Positions 57,220-64,000 of a stretch of DNA of 64,000 nucleotides are shown piece after piece; the stretch's first letter is position 1, and each line of letters begins with the position of its first letter. Source of the DNA: Rhodospirillales bacterium. GTDB taxonomy: Bacteria > Pseudomonadota > Alphaproteobacteria > Acetobacterales > Acetobacteraceae. The notes below the pieces were generated by a model. The model was not told where the DNA came from. It was given only the letters and a program-made list of their open reading frames with translations, and did not search any database. A program made the position numbers and the translations under genes. Location of the stretch: assembly GCA_028869315.1 (NCBI GenBank), contig JAGWSV010000029.1, positions 6,304 to 70,303 of the forward strand, written 5' to 3'.

Positions 57220-58361
57220 GCCGGCGGACCGCCGGATCGGCGGCCGTCGGGGAGCGCCGCTGGCCGCACGGGCCTGGCCGTACCGCGCTGGTCCTGCTGG
57301 CCCTTCTGGCCCTGGGACGGCCGTGGGTCGCGCCGCCGGCCCTGGCGCAGGGGATCAACCTTGCCCAGGGTGGACCGATCGCGATCACGGCGCGCGCGGG
57401 CATCACCTGGCTGCGCGACAACCGCGAGATCATCGCGCGGGGCGATGCGCGCGCGGTGCGGCAGGACGTCACGGTCACCGCGGACGAATTGATCGCCTGG
57501 TACCGGCCGAAAGCGCCCGCGCCCGGCGCCGCTCATCCCGCTGGTTCGCCCGCTGGCCCCTCGCCTGGTCACGCCGCCCCGCCCGGGGGCGAAACCGCCG
57601 CCATTGGCGCGCCGGAGGGCGGCGACAACGAGATCTACCGGATCGAGGCCCTCGGCCACGTGCACATCTTCACCCCCACCGACCGCGCCACCTGCGACCG
57701 TGCGGTCTACGACCTCGATCAGGCGGTGCTGGTGATGACCGGGCACGACCTTCGCCTCGTCACGCCGAACGAAGTGCTGACCGCGCGCCGGGACATGGAA
57801 TACTGGTCCGCGAAGAACATGGCGGTGGCGCGCGGCGACGCGGTGGTGGTGACCCGTGACAGCCGACGGATCTCCGCCGACGTGCTGGTGGCCTACACCA
57901 CGCCGTCGGCACCGGCCTCCGCGCCGCGTTCGGCGCCCGCCCCCGCCGGCGCGCCGACGGCCGCCGGCAAGACCGCGCCGGGCGGGGCGACCGACCCGCT
58001 CGCCGCCAGTGGCAAGCTCAACCGGGTCGAGGCGTTTGGCCACGTGGTGCTGCGCACCCCGACCGACATCGTCACCGGCGACCGTGCGGTCTACGTGCCC
58101 GCCACCGGGCGCGCCCGGCTGGTGGGCCAGGTGCGGATCACCCGCGGCAACAACCAGCTGGCCGGCCAGGCAGCGGATGTGGACCTGAAGAGCGGGGTCG
58201 CCACCCTGGTGGCCAGCCCGGACGCGCGGGTGAAAGGCCTGATCGTGCCGGACCAGCAGGCCACGAAGGCGCTGGCCGCGCCGGCGGCGGATCGTCCGTC
58301 CGCGGCCCCTGGCAGGACAGCGGCCGCCGGAGCCGCGAGCCCGGCAAGGTCGGGCCGATGA
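57216..58361 (+). CDS. lptA: LptA/OstA-family periplasmic LPS transport protein, unusually long (381 aa)
   Basis: It has a signal peptide. OstA-like strands contain an internally repeated motif (IEALGHVHIFTPTDRATCDRAVYD and VEAFGHVVLRTPTDIVTGDRAVYV). These are separated by Pro/Ala-rich inserts. It shares ATGA overlaps with both lptC and lptB. Confidence 0.7.
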   Translation: MSRRTAGSAAVGERRWPHGPGRTALVLLALLALGRPWVAPPALAQGINLAQGGPIAITARAGITWLRDNREIIARGDARAVRQDVTVTADELIAWYRPKAPAPGAAHPAGSPAGPSPGHAAPPGGETAAIGAPEGGDNEIYRIEALGHVHIFTPTDRATCDRAVYDLDQAVLVMTGHDLRLVTPNEVLTARRDMEYWSAKNMAVARGDAVVVTRDSRRISADVLVAYTTPSAPASAPRSAPAPAGAPTAAGKTAPGGATDPLAASGKLNRVEAFGHVVLRTPTDIVTGDRAVYVPATGRARLVGQVRITRGNNQLAGQAADVDLKSGVATLVASPDARVKGLIVPDQQATKALAAPAADRPSAAPGRTAAAGAASPARSGR

Positions 58362-59155
58362 ACGCCGCCGACGGGGTGACGGCGCCGTCCTCCAGCGGGT
58401 CCCGGCGCACCGACCTGCGGGTGCTGCCCGGCGGAGCCGGCCTGGCCGCGATCAGCGTCGGCAAGACCTACAACAAGCGTCCGGTCGTGCGGAACGTCAC
58501 CATCACCTTGCGGCGCGGCGAGGCGGTCGGGTTGCTCGGCCCCAACGGCGCCGGGAAGACGACGACCTTCTACATGATCGTCGGGCTGGTGCGCCCGGAT
58601 ACCGGTGCCATCACTCTCGACGGCGTCGATATCACCCCGCTGCCGATGTATCGCCGCGCCCGGCTCGGAATCGGCTACCTGCCGCAGGAGGCGAGCGTGT
58701 TCCGCGGCCTCAACGTGGAACAGAACATCATGGCGGCGCTGGAAGTGGCGGAGCCCGACCCGGACCGGCGCGACCAGGTGCTGGACGAGCTGCTGGCCGA
58801 GTTCGGAATCGGCCATCTGCGCCGCACCCCGGCGCTGGCGCTGTCGGGCGGCGAGCGGCGGCGGGTGGAGATCGCCCGGGCGCTGGCCTCGGCGCCATCC
58901 TACATCCTGCTCGACGAGCCGCTGGCCGGAATCGACCCGATCGCCGTAGGCGACATCCGCGACCTCGTGTCCCATCTCAAGCATCGCGGCATCGGCGTGC
59001 TGATCACCGACCATAACGTGCGCGAGACGCTCGAGATCATCGACCGCGCCTATATCCTGCACGACGGGCAGGTCCTGATGGAAGGCCGGCCGCAGGAAGT
59101 GGTGGCGCATGCCGATGTGCGCCGGGTGTATCTCGGCGAACGCTTCAGCCTGTAG
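58358..59155 (+). CDS. lptB: LPS export ABC transporter ATPase
   Basis: GLLGPNGAGKTTTFYM, LSGGERRRVEIARAL and ILLDEP motifs are present. Confidence 0.92.
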   Translation: MNAADGVTAPSSSGSRRTDLRVLPGGAGLAAISVGKTYNKRPVVRNVTITLRRGEAVGLLGPNGAGKTTTFYMIVGLVRPDTGAITLDGVDITPLPMYRRARLGIGYLPQEASVFRGLNVEQNIMAALEVAEPDPDRRDQVLDELLAEFGIGHLRRTPALALSGGERRRVEIARALASAPSYILLDEPLAGIDPIAVGDIRDLVSHLKHRGIGVLITDHNVRETLEIIDRAYILHDGQVLMEGRPQEVVAHADVRRVYLGERFSL

Positions 59156-59165
59156 CGGGCCGGCG

Positions 59166-60653
59166 ATGGCGATCGGACCACGGCTGGAGCTGCGCCAGAG
59201 CCAGTCCCTGGTGATGACGCCGCAGCTGCGCCAGGCGATCAAGCTGCTGCAGTTCACCAATCTGGAAGTGTCCGCCTTCGTCGAAGAGGAGCTGGAGCGC
59301 AATCCGCTGCTGGAGCGGGCGACCGCGGCGGAGGACGCTCCCGACCCGGAGCTGCCGGCGCCCGACCAGCGCGCCCCCGCGCCGGAAGGAGACACCGCCG
59401 ATCTCGTCCGCGCCGAAGCCCTGCCCGACGCAGCGAGCGATCCGCTCGATGCCGCGCACGCCGAAAGCTACGATGCGGGCGGCATCGCCGATGGCGGGCC
59501 TGGCCGGAGCGACCGCGGCGGATCGCAGGATTTCGGCGCCGACGACCGCGGCCTGGAAACCCTCGCGGCCGATCGTCCGAGCCTGCGCGATCATCTTGGC
59601 GAGCAGCTTCGCCTCAATATCGCCGATCCGGTGGACCGGCTGATCGGCGCGCACCTGATCGCGCTGCTGTGCCCCGCCGGCCGGCTGACCGCCGATCCGG
59701 CGGATATCGCGCGGGCGATGGGGGTCCCGCTGGAACGGGTGGAGCAGGTACGGGCGCGGATGATGCGCTTCGACCCGACCGGCCTGTTCGCCCGCGACCT
59801 GAAGGAATGCCTGGCCGCGCAGCTGGCCGAGCGGAACCGGCTCGACCCGGCGATGGCGACCCTGCTCGACCACCTCGATCTGCTGGGTAAGCGCGACATG
59901 CGCCGGCTGATCGCGCTGTGCGGGGTGGACACGGCGGACATGGCGGATATGGCGGCGGAAATCCGCGCCCTCGACCCCAAGCCGGCCTGGAGCTGGGAGG
60001 CGGTCGAGGTGCCGCCGGTGATCCCGGACGTACTGATGCGGGCGGCGCCGGACGGCGCCTGGTTGCTGGAGCTGAACCCGGACACCCTGCCGCGCGTGCT
60101 GGTGAACGAGCGCTTCTACGCCAGGGTCGCTCCGCGGGCGGCGAAGGAAGACCGCGTCTTCCTCGCCGAGCGGCTGGCCACTGCGAACTGGCTCGTGAAG
60201 TCGCTGGCGCAGCGCCGCCAGACCATCCTGAAAGTGGCGAGCGAGATCATGCGCCAGCAGGATGGCTTCCTGCGCCACGGCATCGAGCACCTGCGCCCGC
60301 TGATCCTGCGCGACATCGCCGCGGCGACGGAGCTGCACGAAAGCACGATCAGCCGGGTGACATCGAACAAGTACATCGCCACGCCCCGCGGCACATTTGA
60401 GCTCAAATATTTCTTCACCACCGCGATCGCCGGCACCAACGGAGTGGCCCATAGCGCCGAACGGGTGCGCCATCGCATCCGTACCCTTGTGGAGGCCGAA
60501 CGGGCCGACGAAATCCTGTCTGACGACGCGCTCGTTGCTGCGCTGCGAGCCGAGGGCGTGGACATCGCCCGACGGACCGTGGCCAAATACCGGGAGGCGC
60601 TGCACATCCCGAGCTCGGTGCAGCGCAAGCGCGAGAAGGCGGAGCCCGTCTGA
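59166..60653 (+). CDS. rpoN: RNA polymerase sigma-54 factor
   Basis: Region I reads LELRQSQSLVMTPQLRQAIKLLQ. The C-terminal part carries an HTH and the RpoN box (ARRTVAKYREAL). Confidence 0.93.
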   Translation: MAIGPRLELRQSQSLVMTPQLRQAIKLLQFTNLEVSAFVEEELERNPLLERATAAEDAPDPELPAPDQRAPAPEGDTADLVRAEALPDAASDPLDAAHAESYDAGGIADGGPGRSDRGGSQDFGADDRGLETLAADRPSLRDHLGEQLRLNIADPVDRLIGAHLIALLCPAGRLTADPADIARAMGVPLERVEQVRARMMRFDPTGLFARDLKECLAAQLAERNRLDPAMATLLDHLDLLGKRDMRRLIALCGVDTADMADMAAEIRALDPKPAWSWEAVEVPPVIPDVLMRAAPDGAWLLELNPDTLPRVLVNERFYARVAPRAAKEDRVFLAERLATANWLVKSLAQRRQTILKVASEIMRQQDGFLRHGIEHLRPLILRDIAAATELHESTISRVTSNKYIATPRGTFELKYFFTTAIAGTNGVAHSAERVRHRIRTLVEAERADEILSDDALVAALRAEGVDIARRTVAKYREALHIPSSVQRKREKAEPV

Positions 60654-60728
60654 GGCCGGGGCCGCCAGCGGCTCGGAGGAGGCTGCGCTGCGTCGGGCTC
60701 GTCCCGGTCGGCTGAAGGAGAAGACAGG

Positions 60729-61319
60729 ATGGACATCACGGTTTCGGGCAAGCAGGTCGAGCTGTCGGACGCGCTGCGCACCCGGGTTGCCAACCATCTG
60801 GACATGATTGCCGGCAAGTATTTCGACCACGCGATGGAGGCGCAGGTCACCTTCAGCCGCGCCCGCAGCTTCTTCACCTGCGACATCAACCTGCACGCCG
60901 GCCGGGGATTGTCCCTGCGCGGCGAGGGGGAAGCGGCGGACGCCCATGGCGCGTTCGACGACGCCGCTGAGCACATCGCCAAGCGACTGCGCCGCTATCG
61001 CCGCCGGGTGAGCGACCACGCCCGCGACATCGCCAATCGCAAGCGTCCAGAGGCGGCACGCCTCTATGTGCTCGGACAGAACGAGGAGACCGAGGCCGAA
61101 CCGGTGATGACGGCGAACGGCGAAATCGGTGCCTACGCCACCGTGATCGCCGAGCAGGCGACCGAGATCAGCCTGCTGTCGGTGGGCGAAGCCGTCATGC
61201 GGATGGACCTTGCCGACCAGCCGGTGTTGATGTTCCGCAACAGTGCGTCGGGCGAACTCAACGTCGTCTATCGCCGCGCCGACGGCAACATCGGGTGGAT
61301 CGATCCGAATTCACCGTAG
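60729..61319 (+). CDS. hpf: Ribosome hibernation promoting factor (long form)
   Basis: The N-terminus reads MDITVSGKQVELSDALRTRVANHLDMIAGKYF. A C-terminal dimerisation extension is present. It sits directly downstream of rpoN. Confidence 0.9.
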   Translation: MDITVSGKQVELSDALRTRVANHLDMIAGKYFDHAMEAQVTFSRARSFFTCDINLHAGRGLSLRGEGEAADAHGAFDDAAEHIAKRLRRYRRRVSDHARDIANRKRPEAARLYVLGQNEETEAEPVMTANGEIGAYATVIAEQATEISLLSVGEAVMRMDLADQPVLMFRNSASGELNVVYRRADGNIGWIDPNSP

Positions 61320-61831
61320 GACGGCACAGGTCCGCCTCCCGCGCCACGCCGCGGCCGCACGGTCCGTTGCGGCGCGATACGCGGAAGCCGGCCAGGGCAC
61401 GCGCGGGCGCTGCGGGTGTCACAGCTGTTGCGCAACAGTCCATGCATCGCCGTGGCACGGTCAGCGCGTCTGTGCGGCGCTTCTAACCGACAGCAGATTG
61501 CAGCGCGCCGGCCGGGGGCGGTCGGCACCGGCCAGATGACCCGCGCGCGGACCCATGTCTGCCCGACCGCCGCATCCGGCTGGACCTCTCTTCGAGCGAT
61601 TTCCCGCAATGCGATGTCACTCCGACCGCGGACGAATCAGGGCGGCGCAGCCGAGCCGACATATGAAGTTCGATATCGAACAATATACCATGTTATTTAT
61701 GCATACGAGCAATTGACTCAACGCATGACTCCTCCGTAGCGTGGCCCACGGCGCCGGCAGCGGCGACGCCGGCCCTTGCCCGCGCGGCGGGCGCAAGGGT
61801 CAAGTCCACAAGCCCGGGAGGTTCGATAACG

Positions 61832-63121
61832 ATGGCAACGACGGCACCAGCCGCTGATGCGGCCCCGTGGTGGCGGGAACCCACCAAAGACCAATGGATG
61901 GCCTATATCGCAGCGTGGCTCGGCTGGACGCTCGATGCGTTCGACTTCACGATCTTCCTGCTGATCATGGTGCCGATCGCCAAGTACTTCCACGTGCCGC
62001 TGCTCGCGGTGACCGCGGTGTTCACCATCACCTTGTGGATGCGGCTGTTCGGCGCCACCGCCGCGGGCTGGCTCGCGGATCGGGTGGGACGGAAGACGCC
62101 GCTGATGATCTCCATTGCCTGGTACTCGGTCTGCAACTTCCTGGCCGGTCTGGCGCCGAGTTTCTGGCTGCTGTTCCTGTTCCGCGCGCTGCTCGGCATC
62201 GGCATGGGGGCGGAATGGCCGGCCGGCGCGGCGTTGGCGATGGAATCCTGGCCGCCGCGCTCGCGCGGCTTGATGAGCGGCATCCTGCAAGGATCGTGGG
62301 CTCTGGGATTCCTGCTGGCCAGCGGGGTCTACGGCCTGCTGTATTCCAGCTGGGGCTGGCGCGGCATGCTGCTCATCGGCGTGCTGCCGGCCTTCGCCGT
62401 GCTGTGGGTGCGCAAATACGTGAACGAGCCCAAGGTCTGGGTCGAGAACCGGCGCAAGCAGCGCGAGCAGCACCACGAGTTCAAGGCGCCGCTGCTCGAC
62501 ATCTTCCGCCCGCGGGTTCTGGGCAACACCATCACCGCCTGCCTGTGGATGGCGAGCGGTTTCGTGATCTACTATACCGTGTTCGGCCTGTTCGCGACGC
62601 ATCTGGAGAAGGACCTCCACTTCAGCCCGGGGGCGGTGGCGCTGCCGCTCGCGCTGACCAACGTCGCGACCTTCGTGGCCAGCGGGTTCTGGGGGACGGT
62701 GTCGGACCGGATCGGCCGCCGCTGGGGCATGATCATTCCGGCCCTGCTCGGCGTGCTGATCACGCCGCTCTATCTGTTCCCGACCAGCTACACGATGCTG
62801 GTGGTGGCGTTCACGTTCCAGGGCTTGTTCCTGGGCGCGATCTATGGGCAGAATCCCTCCTACCTCGCCGAGCGCTTTCCGACCGAGGTGCGCGCCACTG
62901 CGGCCGGCTTCTGCTACCACCAGGGCGCGGTATGGGCCGGGTTCGCCGGCCCGCTGCTGACCGCCTGGGCGGCAACGCAGTCGAGCGGTTTCGTGATGCC
63001 GATGCTCTATACCACAGTCGGCGCCTGCGCCGTATTCGTCGTCTCCCTGCTGCTGGGGCCGGAGACGAAGGGCTCGGTGCTGGTCTCCGACCTGACTCTG
63101 GTCGCAGAGCCGGAGCTTTGA
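61832..63121 (+). CDS. MFS transporter
   Basis: It has a 12-TM-like profile and the MFS loop motif GWLADRVGRKTPL. Confidence 0.85.
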   Translation: MATTAPAADAAPWWREPTKDQWMAYIAAWLGWTLDAFDFTIFLLIMVPIAKYFHVPLLAVTAVFTITLWMRLFGATAAGWLADRVGRKTPLMISIAWYSVCNFLAGLAPSFWLLFLFRALLGIGMGAEWPAGAALAMESWPPRSRGLMSGILQGSWALGFLLASGVYGLLYSSWGWRGMLLIGVLPAFAVLWVRKYVNEPKVWVENRRKQREQHHEFKAPLLDIFRPRVLGNTITACLWMASGFVIYYTVFGLFATHLEKDLHFSPGAVALPLALTNVATFVASGFWGTVSDRIGRRWGMIIPALLGVLITPLYLFPTSYTMLVVAFTFQGLFLGAIYGQNPSYLAERFPTEVRATAAGFCYHQGAVWAGFAGPLLTAWAATQSSGFVMPMLYTTVGACAVFVVSLLLGPETKGSVLVSDLTLVAEPEL

Positions 63122-63128
63122 TGCCGGA

Positions 63129-63158
63129 CCGCCGCGGCGCCGGGCGGCGCCGCGGCGG
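63129..63158. terminator. 13-bp GC hairpin between the convergent MFS and NHL genes
   Basis: ccgccgcggcgcc (63129-63141), loop gggc, and ggcgccgcggcgg (63146-63158) form a perfect stem. The U-tract is weak. Confidence 0.5.
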
Positions 63159-63164
63159 GTCGGG

Positions 63165-64000
63165 CTATCCGCTCACCCGGCGGAACTTGTGCAGGCTGCG
63201 GAGGTTGTCCGGCCGCGGCACGCCGGGATTGGTGGTCGGCCAGTTGGTCCAGGACACTTCGCCAACATAAAGATCTCCATTCGAATCGACGGTCAGCCCG
63301 TGCGGGGCCATGAATTCCGTAGGTCCCGACCCGGCATGCAGCCCTCCGATGCGCCCCAGACGCTTGCCGGTATGGTCATGGATGCTGATGCGCGGCCCCA
63401 GGTTGGGAACGTTCAGGTTGACCGGCATGCCCGGGCCCAGTTCGCCGATATAGCAGACCGGGCACTTGCCCGGCGGCATGAACAGCCCGCAGGGACGGTG
63501 CAGGTTGTTCCATTGGGTTTCGTAGCGTCCGTTGCCGTCGAAGATCTGCACCCGGTGGTTTTCCCGGTCCGCCACGTACACCCAGCCGTCGCCGTCGCAG
63601 GTGATGTTGTGAACGATGTTGAACTCCCCCGGATCGGTGCCCGGCCCGCCCCAGGAGAACAGCAGCTTGCCGTCCGGGGAAAATTTGTGGACGCGGGAAT
63701 TGCCGTAGCCGTCCGAGACGTAGATGTCGCCCTGCGGCGACAGCGCGGTATGGGTGCAGCGGTGGAACGGTTCGCCGCTCATGTACGGCGCCGGCTTGCC
63801 GGGGATGCCGAGGGTCATCAACACCTTGCCGTCCAGGGTGCACTGGCGCACTGAGTGGTCCCCATCGTCGGTCAGCCAGATCGTGTCGTCGGGCGCCATG
63901 TGCAGCCCGTGCGCGCGCGGGAACAGGCCCTCGCCCCAGGCGCGGAGGAAGCTGCCCTCGCGGTCGAACACGATCATCGGGTGCTCGCCGCGGTTGAAGA
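63165..64000 (-). CDS. NHL-repeat beta-propeller protein (peptidylglycine amidating lyase-like), 5' end outside the window
   Basis: NHL-type blades repeat (DGDIYVSDGYGNSRVHKFSPDGKLL, DGWVYVADRENHRVQIFDGNG, NGDLYVGE). The frame stays open to nt 64000. Confidence 0.7.
   Translation of the reverse strand, partial: FNRGEHPMIVFDREGSFLRAWGEGLFPRAHGLHMAPDDTIWLTDDGDHSVRQCTLDGKVLMTLGIPGKPAPYMSGEPFHRCTHTALSPQGDIYVSDGYGNSRVHKFSPDGKLLFSWGGPGTDPGEFNIVHNITCDGDGWVYVADRENHRVQIFDGNGRYETQWNNLHRPCGLFMPPGKCPVCYIGELGPGMPVNLNVPNLGPRISIHDHTGKRLGRIGGLHAGSGPTEFMAPHGLTVDSNGDLYVGEVSWTNWPTTNPGVPRPDNLRSLHKFRRVSG

Overview
This is a roughly 70% GC chromosomal segment. Gene content and synteny look alphaproteobacterial, probably Rhodospirillales or Acetobacteraceae-like: rpsT-dnaA, rodZ-ispG, kdsD-lptC-lptA-lptB-rpoN-hpf and a CtrA-like regulator. 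That lineage call comes from gene order only.

Left to right, the window contains:
- an HD-GYP/LuxR fusion regulator
- an orphan tadE-tadE-tadG minor-pilin module, divergent from a CtrA-like pseudo-receiver regulator and a lytic transglycosylase
- a two-gene TpsA (FhaB-like exoprotein) plus CHAT/TPR lipoprotein operon with no TpsB nearby
- phyH, argD and argF
- a tandem HD-GYP protein
- a MaoC hot-dog pair
- a phosphatase, a serine hydrolase and a CBS-pair protein
- a long co-directional minus-strand block: malQ, glgA, glgP, then a group-3b-type [NiFe] hydrogenase (beta, cNMP-binding protein, gamma, small, large, protease), then hypA-like, hypF, hypC, hypD and hypE
- a GH15 glucoamylase, a TauE permease, glgX, a crotonase, rpsT and dnaA
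- a tightly coupled four-gene operon (two unknown proteins, a P-loop ATPase and a minimal SNF2 helicase)
- rodZ-ispG, the kdsD-lpt-rpoN-hpf cluster, an MFS transporter and a partial NHL-repeat gene

I found no rRNA, tRNA, CRISPR array, transposase or integrase.

The best candidate for an undescribed system is the four-gene SNF2/P-loop operon at 47647-52032. Other points worth a second look are the glycogen-hydrogenase fusion with an embedded cNMP-binding protein, a HypA that lacks its zinc domain with no hypB present, the TpsA-CHAT pair, and the CtrA-like pseudo-receiver.

All functional calls come from reading motifs in the translated ORFs by eye. No database search was run. Many start codons were re-assigned inside the much longer ORFs that high GC produces.
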